This document shows positions 24,995 to 39,599 of a stretch of DNA of 64,000 nucleotides, in pieces; position 1 is the first letter of the stretch, and every line of letters starts with the position of its first letter. The stretch is from Auanema rhodensis (taxonomy: Eukaryota; Animalia; Nematoda): the NCBI GenBank assembly GCA_964057225.1, contig CAXKVF010000078.1, positions 248,001 through 312,000 of the forward strand, read 5' to 3'. Below the pieces are notes generated by a model. The model searched no databases and was not told the DNA's origin. It saw only the letters and a list, made by a program, of their open reading frames with translations. The position numbers were made by a program, and so were the translations under genes.

Positions 24995-27900
24995 CAAGTG
25001 CACATCACGTGTACATTTAATTAGCATAAATTAAAGTTCACGTAAATTTCAAAGTCATGGTTACCATGCACCAATATCAATAAAAATTTGTTTTTAGACT
25101 AATATGGACATGGGGAATCTAATTTTGAAAACCGCATCTCTTTATCTTTCACGTGAAGCGAGTTACATACCAAGTGCACATCACGTGTACATTTAATTAG
25201 CATAAATTAAAGTTCACGTAAAATTCAAAGTCATGGTTACCATGCACCAATATCAATAAAAATTTGTTTTTAGACTAATATGGACATGGGGAATCTAATT
25301 TTGAAAACCGCATCTCTTTATCTTTCACGTGAAGCGAGTTACATACCAAGTGCACATCACGTGTACATTTAATTAGCATAAATTAAAGTTCACGTAAATT
25401 TCAAAGTCATGGTTACCATGCACCAATATCAATAAAAATTTGTTTTTAGACTAATATGGACATGGGGAATCTAATTTTGAAAACCGCATCTCTTTATCTT
25501 CCACGTGAAGCGAGTTACATACCAAGTGCACATCACGTGTACATTTAATTAGCATAAATTAAAGTTCACGTAAATTTCAAAGTCATGGTTACCATGAACC
25601 AATATCAATAAAAATTTGTTTTTAGACTAATATGGACATGGGGAATCTAATTTTGAAAACCGCATCTCTTTATCTTTCACGTGAAGCGAGTTACATACCA
25701 AGTGCACATCACGTGTACATTTAATTAGCATAAATTAAAGTTCACGTAAATTTCAAAGTCATGGTTACCATGAACCAATATCAATAAAAATTTATTTTAG
25801 ACTAATATGGACATGGGGAATCTAATTTTGAAAACCGCATCTCTTTATCTTTCACGTGAAGCGAGTTACATACCAAGTGCACATCACGTGTACATTTAAT
25901 TAGCATAAATTAAAGTTCACGTAAATTTCAAAGTCATGGTTACCATGAACCAATATCAATAAAAATTTGTTTTTAGACTAATATGGACATGGGGAATCTA
26001 ATTTTGAAAACCGCATCTCTTTATCTTTCACGTGAAGCGAGTTACATACCAAGTGCACATCACGTGTACATTTAATTAGCATAAATTAAAGTTCACGTAA
26101 AATTCAAAGTCATGGTTACCATGCACCAATATCAATAAAAATTTGTTTTTAGACTAATATGGACATGGGGAATCTAATTTTGAAAACCGCATCTCCTTAT
26201 CTTTCACGTGAAGCGAGTTACATACCAAGTGCACATCACGTGTACATTTAATTAGCATAAATTAAAGTTCACGTAAATTTCAAAGTCATGGTTACCATGC
26301 ACCAATATCAATAAAAATTTGTTTTTAGACTAATATGGACATGTGGAATCTAATTTTGAAAACCGCATCTCTTTATCTTTCACGTGAAGCGAGTTACATA
26401 CCAAGTGCCCATCACGTGTACATTTAATTAGCATAAATTAAAGTTCACGTAAAATTCAAAGTCATGGTTACCATGCACCAATATCAATAAAAATTTGTTT
26501 TTAGACTAATATGGACATGGGGAATCTAATTTTGAAAACCGCATCTCTTTATCTTTCACGTGAAGCGAGTTACATACCAAGTGCACATCACGTGTACATT
26601 TAATTAGCATAAATTAAAGTTCACGTAAATTTCAAAGTCATGGTTACCATGCACCAATATCAATAAAAAGTTGTTTTTGAACTAATATGGACATGGGAAA
26701 TCTAATTTGGAAAACCGCATCTCTTTATCTTTCACGTGAAGCGAGTTACATACCAAGTGCACATCACGTGTACATTTAATTAGCATAAATTAAAGTTCAC
26801 GTAAATTTCAAAGTCATGGTTACCATGCACCAATATCAATAAAAATTTGTTTTTAGACTAATATGGACATGGGGAATCTAATTTTGAAAACAGCATCTCT
26901 TTATCTTTCACGTGAAGCGAGTTACATACCAAGTGCACATCACGTGTACATTTAATTAGCATAAATTAAAGTTCACGTAAATTTCAAAGTCATGGTTACC
27001 ATGAACCAATATCAATAAAAATTTGTTTTTAGACTAATATGGACATGGGGAATCTAATTTTGAAAACCGCATCTCTTTATCTTTCACGTGAAGCGAGTTA
27101 CATACCAAGTGCACATCACGTGTACATTTATTTAGCATAAATTAAAGTTCACGTAAATTTCAAAGTCATGGTTACCATGAAGCAATATCAATAAAAATTT
27201 GTTTTTAGACTAATATTGACATGGGGAATCTAATTTTGAAAACCGCATCTCTTTATCTTTCACGTGAAGCGAGTTACATACCAAGTGCACATCACGTGTA
27301 CATTTAATTAGCATAAATTAAAGTTCACGTAAATTTCAAAGTCATGGTTACCATGAACCAATATCAATAAAAATTTGTTTTTAGACTAATATGGACATGG
27401 GGAATCTAATTTTGAAAACCGCATCTCTTTATCTTTCACGTGAAGCGAGTTACATACCAAGTGCACATCACGTGTACATTTAATTAGCATAAATTAAAGT
27501 TCACGTAAATTTCAAAGTCATGGTTACCATGCACCAATATCAATAAAAATTTGTTTTTAGACTAATATGGACATGGGAATCTAATTTTGAAAACCGCATC
27601 TCTTTATCTTTCACGTGAAGCGAGTTACATACCAAGTGCACATCACGTGTACATTTAATTAGCATAAATTAAAGTTCACGTAAATTTCAAAGTCATGGTT
27701 ACCATGCACCAATATCAATAAAAATTTGTTTTTAGACTAATATGGACATGGGGAATCTAATTTTGAAAACCGCATCTCTTTATCTTTCACGTGAAGCGAG
27801 TTACATACCAAGTGCACATCACGTGTACATTTAATTAGCATAAATTAAAGTTCACGTAAAATTCAAAGTCATGGTTACCATGCACCAATATCAATAAAAA

Positions 27901-30900
27901 TTTGTTTTTAGACTAATATGGACATGGGGAATCTAATTTTGAAAACCGCATCTCTTTATCTTTCACGTGAAGCGAGTTACATACCAAGTGCACATCACGT
28001 GTACATTTAATTAGCATAAATTAAAGTTCACGTAAATTTCAAAGTCATGGTTACCATGAACCAATATCAATAAAAATTTGTTTTTAGACTAATATGGACA
28101 TGGGGAATCTAATTTTGAAAACCGCATCTCTTTATCTTTCACGTGAAGCGAGTTACATACCAAGTGCACATCACGTGTACATTTATTTAGCATAAATTAA
28201 AGTTCACGTAAATTTCAAAGTCATGGTTACCATGAAGCAATATCAATAAAAATTTGTTTTTAGACTAATATTGACATGGGGAATCTAATTTTGAAAACCG
28301 CATCTCTTTATCTTTCACGTGAAGCGAGTTACATACCAAGTGCACATCACGTGTACATTTAATTAGCATAAATTAAAGTTCACGTAAATTTCAAAGTCAT
28401 GGTTACCATGAACCAATATCAATAAAAATTTGTTTTTAGACTAATATGGACATGGGGAATCTAATTTTGAAAACCGCATCTCTTTATCTTTCACGTGAAG
28501 CGAGTTACATACCAAGTGCACATCACGTGTACATTTAATTAGCATAAATTAAAGTTCACGTAAATTTCAAAGTCATGGTTACCATGCACCAATATCAATA
28601 AAAATTTGTTTTTAGACTAATATGGACATGGGGAATCTAATTTTGAAAACCGCATCTCTTTATCTTTCACGTGAAGCGAGTTACATACCAAGTGCACATC
28701 ACGTGTACATTTAATTAGCATAAATTAAAGTTCACGTAATATTCAAAGTCATGGTTACCATGCACCAATAACAATAAAAATTTGTTTTTAGACTAATATG
28801 GACATGGGGAATCTAATTTTGAAAACCGCATCTCTTTATCTTTCACGTGAAGCGAGTTACATACCGAGTGCACATCACGTGTACATTTAATTAGCATAAA
28901 TTAAAGTTCACGTAAAATTCAAAGTCATGGTTACCATGCACCAATATCAATAAAAATTTGTTTTTAGACTAATATGGACATGGGGAATCTAATTTTGAAA
29001 ACCGCATCTCTTTATCTTTCACGTGAAGCGAGTTACATACCAAGTGCACATCACGTGTACATTTAATTAGCATAAATTAAAGTTCACGTAAATTTCAAAG
29101 TCATGGTTACCACGCACCAATATCAATAAAAAGTTGTTTTTAGACTAATATGGACATGGGGAATCTAATTTTGAAAACCGCATCTCTTTATCTTTCACGT
29201 GAAGCGAGTTACATACCAAGTGCACATCACGTGTACATTTAATTAGCATAAATTAAAGTTCACGTAAATTTCAAAGTCATGGTTACCATGAACCAATATC
29301 AATAAAAATTTGTTTTTAAACTAATATGGACATGGGGAATCTAATTTTGAAAACCGCATCTCTTTATCTTTCACGTGAAGCGAGTTACATACCAAGTGCA
29401 CATCACGTGTACATTTAATTAGCATAAATTAAAGTTCACGTAAATTTCAAAGTCATGGTTACCATGAAGCAATATCAATAAAAATTTGTTTTTAGACTAA
29501 TATGGACATGGGAAATCTAATTTTGAAAACCGCATCTCTTTATCTTTCACGTGAAGCGAGTTACATACCAAGTGCACATCACGTGTACATTTAATTAGCA
29601 TAAATTAAAGTTCACGTAAATTTCAAAGTCATGGTTACCATGAACCAATATCAATAAAAATTTGTTTTTAGACTAATATGGACATGGGGAATCTAATTTT
29701 GAAAACCGCATCTCTTTATCTTTCACGTGAAGCGAGTTACATACCAAGTGCACATCACGTGTACATTTAATTAGCATAAATTAAAGTTCACGTAAATTTC
29801 AAAGTCATGGTTACCATGCACCAATATCAATAAAAATTTGTTTTTAGACTAATATGGACATGGGGAATCTAATTTTGAAAACCGCATCTCTTTATCTTTC
29901 ACGTGAAGCGAGTTACATACCAAGTGCACATCACGTGTACATTTAATTAGCATAAATTAAAGTTCACGTAAAATTCAAAGTCATGGTTACCATGAACCAA
30001 TATCAATAAAAATTTGTTTTTAGACTAATATGGACATGGGGAATCTAATTTTGAAAACCGCATCTCTTTATCTTTTACGTGAAGCGAGTTACATACCAAG
30101 TGCACATCACGTGTACATTTAATTAGCATAAATTAAAGTTCACGTAAATTTCAAAGTCATGGTTACCATGCACCAATATCAATAAAAAGTTGTTTTTAGA
30201 CTAATATGGACATGGGGAATCTAATTTTGAAAACCGCATCTCTTTATCTTTTACGTGAAGCGAGTTACATACCAAGTGCACATCACGTGTACATTTAATT
30301 AGCATAAATTAAAGTTCACGTAAATTTCAAAGTCATGGTTACCATGAAGCAATATCAATAAAAATTTGTTTTTAGACTAATATGGACATGGGAAATCTAA
30401 TTTTGAAAACCGCATCTCTTTATCTTTCACGTGAAGCGAGTTACATACCAAGTGCACATCACGTGTACATTTAATTAGCATAAATTAAAGTTCACGTAAA
30501 TTTCAAAGTCATGGTTACCATGCACCAATATCAATAAAAATTTGTTTTTAGACTAATATGGACATGGGGAATCTAATTTTGAAAACCGCATCTCTTTATC
30601 TTTCACGTGAAGCGAGTTACATACCAAGTGCACATCACGTGTACATTTAATTAGCATAAATTAAAGTTCACGTAAATTTCAAAGTCATGGTTACCATGCA
30701 CCAATATCAATAAAAATTTGTTTTTAGACTAATATGGACATGGGGAATCTAATTTTGAAAACCGCATCTCCTTATCTTTCACGTGAAGCGAGTTACATAC
30801 CAAGTGCACATCACGTGTACATTTAATTAGCATAAATTAAAGTTCACGTAAATTTCAAAGTTATGGTTACCATGCACCAATATCAATAAAAATTTGTTTT

Positions 30901-33900
30901 TAGACTAATATGGACATGGGGAATCTAATTTTGAAATCGCATCTCTTTATCTTTCGCGTGAAGCGAGTTACATACCAAGTGCACATCACGTGTACATTTA
31001 TTTAGCATAAATTAAAGTTCACGTAAATTTCAAAGTCATGGTTACCATGAAGCAATATCAATAAAAATTTGTTTTTAGACTAATATGGACATGGGGAATC
31101 TAATTTTGAAAACCGCATCTCTTTATCTTTCACGTGAAGCGAGTTACATACCAAGTGCACATCACGTGTACATTTAATTAGCATAAATTAAAGTTCACGT
31201 AAATTTCAAAGTGATGGTTACCATGAAGCAATATCAATAAAAATTTGTTTTTAGACTAATATGGACATGGGAAATCTAATTTTGAAAACCGCATCTCTTT
31301 ATCTTTCACGTGAAGCGAGTTACATACCAAGTGCACATCACGTGTACATTTAATTAGCATAAATTAAAGTTCACGTAAATTTCAAAGTCATGGTTACCAT
31401 GAACCAATATCAATAAAAATTTGTTTTTAGACTAATATGGACATGGGGAATCTAATTTTGAAAACCGCATCTCTTTATCTTTCACGTGAAGCGAGTTACA
31501 TACCAAGTGCACATCACGTGTACATTTAATTAGCATAAATTAAAGTTCACGTAAATTTCAAAGTCATGGTTACCATGCACCAATATCAATAAAAATTTGT
31601 TTTTAGACTAATATGGACATGGGGAATCTAATTTTGAAAACCGCATCTCTTTATCTTTCACGTGAAGCGAGTTACATACCAAGTGCACATCACGTGTACA
31701 TTTAATTAGCATAAATTAAAGTTCACGTAAATTTCAAAGTCATGGTTACCATGCACCAATATCAATAAAAATTTGTTTTTAGACTAATATGGACATGGGG
31801 AATCTAATTTTGAAAACCGCATCTCTTTATCTTTCACGTGAAGCGAGTTACATACCAAGTGCACATCACGTGTACATTTAATTAGCATAAATTAAAGTTC
31901 ACGTAAATTTCAAAGTTATGGTTACCATGCACCAATATCAATAAAAATTTGTTTTTAGACTAATATGGACATGGGGAATCTAATTTTGAAAACCGCATCT
32001 CTTTATCTTTCACGTGAAGCGAGTTACATACCAAGTGCACATCACGTGTACATTTAATTAGCATAAATTAAAGTTCACGTAAATTTCAAAGTCATGGTTA
32101 CCATGCACCAATATCAATAAAAACTTGTTTTTAGACTAATATGGACATGGGGAATCTAATTTTGAAAACCGCATCTCTTTATCTTTCACGTGAAGCGAGT
32201 TACATACCAAGTGCACATCACGTGTACATTTAATTAGCATAAATTAAAGTTCACGTAAATTTCAAAGTTATGGTTACCATGCACCAATATCAATAAAAAT
32301 TTGTTTTTAGACTAATATGGACATGGGGAATCTAATTTTGAAAACCGCATCTCTTTATCTTTCACGTGAAGCGAGTTACATACCAAGTGCACATCACGTG
32401 TACATTTAATTAGCATAAATTAAAGTTCACGTAAATTTCAAAGTCATGGTTACCATGAACCAATATCAATAAAAATTTGTTTTTAGACTAATATGGACAT
32501 GGGGAATCTAATTTTGAAAACCGCATCTCTTTATCTTTCACGTGAAGCGAGTTACATACCAAGTGCACATCACGTGTACATTTAATTAGCATAAATTAAA
32601 GTTCACGTAAATTTCAAAGTTATGGTTACCATGCACCAATATCAATAAAAATTTGTTTTTAGACTAATATGGACATGGGGAATCTAATTTTGAAAACCGC
32701 ATCTCTTTATCTTTCACGTGAAGCGAGTTACATACCAAGTGCACATCACGTGTACATTTAATTAGCATAAATTGAAGTTCACGTAAATTTCAAAGTCATG
32801 GTTACCATGAACCAATATCAATAAAAATTTGTTTTCAGACTAATATGGACATGGGGAATCTAATTTTGAAAACCGCATCTCTTTATCTTTCACGTGAAGC
32901 GAGTTACATACCAAGTGCACATCACGTGTACATTTAATTAGCATAAATTAAAGTTCACGTAAATTTCAAAGTCATGGTTACCATGAAGCAATATCAATAA
33001 AAATTCGTTTTTAGACTAATATGGACATGGGGAATCTAATTTTGAAAACCGCATCTCTTTATCTTTCACGTGAAGCGAGTTACATACCAAGTGCACATCA
33101 CGTGTACATTTAATTAGCATAAATTAAAGTTCACGTAAATTTCAAAGTCATGGTTACCATGAAGCAATATCAATAAAAATTTGTTTTTAGACTAATATGG
33201 ACATGGGGAATCTAATTTTGAAAACCGCATCTCTTTATCTTTCACGTGAAGCGAGTTACATACCAAGTGCACATCACGTGTACATTTAATTAGCATAAAT
33301 TAAAGTTCACGTAAATTTCAAAGTCATGGTTACCATGAACCAATATCAATAAAAATTTGTTTTTAGACTAATATGGACATGGGGAATCTAATTTTGAAAA
33401 CCGCATCTCTTTATCTTTCACGTGAAGCGAGTTACATACCAAGTGCACATCACGTGTACATTTAATTAGCATAAATTAAAGTTCACGTAAATTTCAAAGT
33501 CATGGTTACCATGAAGTAATATCAATAAAAATTTGTTTTTAGACTAATATGGACATGGGGAATCTAATTTTGAAAACCGCATCTCTTTATCTTTCACGTG
33601 AAGCGAGTTACATACCGAGTGCACATCACGTGTACATTTAATTAGCATAAATTAAAGTTCACGTAAATTTCAAAGTCATGGTTACCATGCACCAATATCA
33701 ATAAAAATTTGTTTTTAGACTAATATGGACATGGGGAATCTAATTTTGAAAACCGCATCTCTTTGTCTTTCACGTGAAGCGAGTTACATACCAAGTGCAC
33801 ATCACGTGTACATTTAATTAGCATAAATTAAAGTTCACGTAAATTTCAAAGTCATGGTTACCATGCACCAATATCAATAAAAATTTGTTTTTAGACTAAT

Positions 33901-34495
33901 ATGGACATGGGGAATCTAATTTTGAAAACCGCATCTCTTTATCTTTCACGTGAAGCGAGTTACATACCAAGTGCACATCACGTGTACATTTAATTAGCAT
34001 AAATTAAAGTTCACGTAAATTTCAAAGTCATGGTTACCATGAACCAATATCAATAAAAATTTGTTTTTAGACTAATATGGACATGGGGAATCTAATTTTG
34101 AAAACCGCATCTCTTTATCTTTCACGTGAAGCGAGTTACATACCAAGTGCACATCACGTGTACATTTAATTAGCATAAATTAAAGTTCACGTAAATTTCA
34201 AAGTCATGGTTACCATGCACCAATATCAATAAAAATTTGTATTTAGACTAATATGGACATGGGGAATCTAATTTTGAAAACCGCATCTCTTTATCTTTCA
34301 CGTGAAGCGAGTTACATACCAAGTGCACATCACGTGTACATTTAATTAGCATAAATTAAAGTTCACGTAAATTTCAAAGTCATGGTTACCATGCACCAAT
34401 ATCAATAAAAATTTGTTTTTAGACTAATATGGACATGGGGAATCTAATTTTGAAAACCGCATCTCTTTATCTTTCACGTGAAGCGAGTTACATAC

Positions 34496-35727
34496 CAAGT
34501 GCACATCACGTGTACATTTAATTAGCATAAATTAAAGTTCACGTAAATTTCAAAGTCATGGTTACCATGAACCAATATCAATAAAAATTTGTTTTTAGAC
34601 TAATATGGACATGGGGAATCTAATTTTGAAAACCGCATCTCTTTATCTTTCACGTGAAGCGAGTTACATACCAAGTGCACATCACGTGTACATTTAATTA
34701 GCATAAATTAAAGTTCACGTAAATTTCAAAGTCATGGTTACCATGAACCAATATCAATAAAAATTTGTTTTTAGACTAATATGGACATGGGGAATCTAAT
34801 TTTGAAAACCGCATCTCTTTATCTTTCACGTGAAGCGAGTTACATACCAAGTGCACATCACGTGTACATTTAATTAGCATAAATTAAAGTTCACGTAAAT
34901 TTCAAAGTCATGGTTACCATGAACCAATATCAATAAAAATTTGTTTTTAGACTAATATGGACATGGGGAATCTAATTTTGAAAACCGCATCTCTTTATCT
35001 TTCACGTGAAGCGAGTTACATACCAAGTGCACATCACGTGTACATTTAATTAGCATAAATTAAAGTTCACGTAAATTTCAAAGTCATGGTTACCATGAAC
35101 CAATATCAATAAAAATTTGTTTTTAGACTAATATGGACATGGGGAATCTAATTTTGAAAACCGCATCTCTTTATCTTTCACGTGAAGCGAGTTACATACC
35201 AAGTGCACATCACGTGTACATTTAATTAGCATAAATTAAAGTTCACGTAAATTTCAAAGTCATGGTTACCATGAACCAATATCAATAAAAATTTGTTTTT
35301 AGACTAATATGGACATGGGGAATCTAATTTTGAAAACCGCATCTCTTTATCTTTCACGTGAAGCGAGTTACATACCAAGTGCACATCACGTGTACATTTA
35401 ATTAGCATAAATTAAAGTTCACGTAAATTTCAAAGTCATGGTTACCATGAACCAATATCAATAAAAATTTGTTTTTAGACTAATATGGACATGGGGAATC
35501 TAATTTTGAAAACCGCATCTCTTTATCTTTCACGTGAAGCGAGTTACATACCAAGTGCACATCACGTGTACATTTAATTAGCATAAATTAAAGTTCACGT
35601 AAATTTCAAAGTCATGGTTACCATGAACCAATATCAATAAAAATTTGTTTTTAGACTAATATGGACATGGGGAATCTAATTTTGAAAACCGCATCTCTTT
35701 ATCTTTCACGTGAAGCGAGTTACATAC
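34496..35727 (+). repeat. Run of 7 apparently identical AAC-type monomers
   Basis: No variants seen in the monomers starting 34496 to 35552. A 2-mer duplication follows (CATGAATT / CGAGTG, 35728-36431). Confidence 0.8.
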
Positions 35728-38700
35728 CAAGTGCACATCACGTGTACATTTAATTAGCATGAATTAAAGTTCACGTAAATTTCAAAGTCATGGTTACCAT
35801 GCACCAATATCAATAAAAATTTGTTTTTAGACTAATATGGACATGGGGAATCTAATTTTGAAAACCGCATCTCTTTATCTTTCACGTGAAGCGAGTTACA
35901 TACCGAGTGCACATCACGTGTACATTTAATTAGCATAAATTAAAGTTCACGTAAATTTCAAAGTCATGGTTACCATGCACCAATATCAATAAAAATTTGT
36001 TTTTAGACTAATATGGACATGGGGAATCTAATTTTGAAAACCGCATCTCTTTATCTTTCACGTGAAGCGAGTTACATACCAAGTGCACATCACGTGTACA
36101 TTTAATTAGCATGAATTAAAGTTCACGTAAATTTCAAAGTCATGGTTACCATGCACCAATATCAATAAAAATTTGTTTTTAGACTAATATGGACATGGGG
36201 AATCTAATTTTGAAAACCGCATCTCTTTATCTTTCACGTGAAGCGAGTTACATACCGAGTGCACATCACGTGTACATTTAATTAGCATAAATTAAAGTTC
36301 ACGTAAATTTCAAAGTCATGGTTACCATGCACCAATATCAATAAAAATTTGTTTTTAGACTAATATGGACATGGGGAATCTAATTTTGAAAACCGCATCT
36401 CTTTATCTTTCACGTGAAGCGATTTACATACCAAGTGCACATCACGTGTACATTTAATTAGCATAAATTAAAGTTCACGTAAATTTCAAAGTCATGGTTA
36501 CCATGCACCAATATCAATAAAAATTTGTTTTTAGACTAATATGGACATGGGGAATCTAATTTTGAAAACCGCATCTCTTTATCTTTCACGTGAAGCGAGT
36601 TACATACCAAGTGCACATCACGTGTACATTTAATTAGCATAAATTAAAGTTCACGTAAATTTCAAAGTCATGGTTACCATGAACCAATATCAATAAAAAT
36701 TTGTTTTTAGACTAATATGGACATGGGGAATCTAATTTTGAAAACCGCATCTCTTTATCTTTCACGTGAAGCGAGTTACATACCAAGTGCACATCACGTG
36801 TACATTTAATTAGCATAAATTAAAGTTCACGTAAATTTCAAAGTCATGGTTACCATGAACCAATATCAATAAAAATTTGTTTTTAGACTAATATGGACAT
36901 GGGGAATCTAATTTTGAAAACCGCATCTCTTTATCTTTCACGTGAAGCGAGTTACATACCAAGTGCACATCACGTGTACATTTAATTAGCATAAATTAAA
37001 GTTCACGTAAATTTCAAAGTCATGGTTACCATGCACCAATATCAATAAAAATTTGTATTTAGACTAATATGGACATGGGAAATCTAATTTTGAAAACCGC
37101 ATCTCTTTATCTTTCACGTGAAGCGATTTACATACCAAGTGCACATCACGTGTACATTTAATTAGCATAAATTAAAGTTCACGTAAATTTCAAAGTCATG
37201 GTTACCATGCACCAATATCAATAAAAATTTGTTTTTAGACTAATATGGACATGGGGAATCTAATTTTGAAAACCGCATCTCTTTATCTTTCACGTGAAGC
37301 GAGTTACATACCAAGTGCACATCACGTGTACATTTAATTAGCATAAATTAAAGTTCACGTAAATTTCAAAGTCATGGTTACCATGAACCAATATCAATAA
37401 AAATTTGTTTTTAGACTAATATGGACATGGGGAATCTAATTTTGAAAACCGCATCTCTTTATCTTTCACGTGAAGCGAGTTACATACCAAGTGCACATCA
37501 CGTGTACATTTAATTAGCATAAATTAAAGTTCACGTAAATTTCAAAGTCATGGTTACCATGAACCAATATCAATAAAAATTTGTTTTTAGACTAATATGG
37601 ACATGGGGAATCTAATTTTGAAAACCGCATCTCTTTATCTTTCACGTGAAGCGAGTTACATACCAAGTGCACATCACGTGTACATTTAATTAGCATAAAT
37701 TAAAGTTCACGTAAATTTCAAAGTCATGGTTACCATGCACCAATATCAATAAAAATTTGTTTTTAGACTAATATGGACATGGGGAATCTAATTTTGAAAA
37801 CCGCATCTCTTTATCTTTCACGTGAAGCGAGTTACATACCAAGTGCACATCACGTGTACATTTAATTAGCATAAATTAAAGTTCACGTAAATTTCAAAGT
37901 CATGGTTACCATGAACCAATATCAATAAAAATTTGTTTTTAGACTAATATGGACATGGGGAATCTAATTTTGAAAACCGCATCTCTTTATCTTTCACGTG
38001 AAGCGAGTTACATACCAAGTGCACATCACGTGTACATTTAATTAGCATAAATTAAAGTTCACGTAAATTTCAAAGTCATGGTTACCATGCACCAATATCA
38101 ATAAAAATTTGTATTTAGACTAATATGGACATGGGGAATCTAATTTTGAAAACCGCATCTCTTTATCTTTCACGTGAAGCGAGTTACATACCAAGTGCAC
38201 ATCACGTGTACATTTAATTAGCATAAATTAAAGTTCACGTAAATTTCAAAGTCATGGTTACCATGCACCAATATCAATAAAAATTTGTTTTTAGACTAAT
38301 ATGGACATGGGGAATCTAATTTTGAAAACCGCATCTCTTTATCTTTCACGTGAAGCGAGTTACATACCAAGTGCACATCACGTGTACATTTAATTAGCAT
38401 AAATTAAAGTTCACGTAAATTTCAAAGTCATGGTTACCATGCACCAATATCAATAAAAATTTGTTTTTAGACTAATATGGACATGGGGAATCTAATTTTG
38501 AAAACCGCATCTCTTTATCTTTCACGTGAAGCGAGTTACATACCAAGTGCACATCACGTGTACATTTAATTAGCATAAATTAAAGTTCACGTAAATTTCA
38601 AAGTCATGGTTACCATGAACCAATATCAATAAAAATTTGTTTTTAGACTAATATGGACATGGGGAATCTAATTTTGAAAACAGCATCTCTTTATCTTTCA

Positions 38701-39599
38701 CGTGAAGCGAGTTACATACCAAGTGCACATCACGTGTACATTTAATTAGCATAAATTAAAGTTCACGTAAATTTCAAAGTCATGGTTACCATGCACCAAT
38801 ATCAATAAAAATTTGTATTTAGACTAATATGGACATGGGGAATCTAATTTTGAAAACCGCATCTCTTTATCTTTCACGTGAAGCGAGTTACATACCAAGT
38901 GCACATCACGTGTACATTTAATTAGCATAAATTAAAGTTCACGTAAATTTCAAAGTCATGGTTACCATGCACCAATATCAATAAAAATTTGTTTTTAGAC
39001 TAATATGGACATGGGGAATCTAATTTTGAAAACCGCATCTCTTTATCTTTCACGTGAAGCGAGTTACATACCAAGTGCACATCACGTGTACATTTAATTA
39101 GCATAAATTAAAGTTCACGTAAATTTCAAAGTCATGGTTACCATGCACCAATATCAATAAAAATTTGTTTTTAGACTAATATGGACATGGGGAATCTAAT
39201 TTTGAAAACCGCATCTCTTTATCTTTCACGTGAAGCGAGTTACATACCAAGTGCACATCACGTGTACATTTAATTAGCATAAATTAAAGTTCACGTAAAT
39301 TTCAAAGTCATGGTTACCATGCACCAATATCAATAAAAATTTGTTTTTAGACTAATATGGACATGGGGAATCTAATTTTGAAAACCGCATCTCTTTATCT
39401 TTCACGTGAAGCGAGTTACATACCAAGTGCACATCACGTGTACATTTAATTAGCATAAATTAAAGTTCACGTAAATTTCAAAGTCATGGTTACCATGAAC
39501 CAATATCAATAAAAATTTGTTTTTAGACTAATATGGACATGGGGAATCTAATTTTGAAAACCGCATCTCTTTATCTTTCACGTGAAGCGAGTTACATAC

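Noticed and set aside
27571-27580. G4>G3 deletion as a biological variant
   Set aside because: A singleton homopolymer indel absent from the related monomer at 28513, so it could be a sequencing error. The A5>A4 deletion at 53415 and 54283 is different, being shared by duplicate copies.
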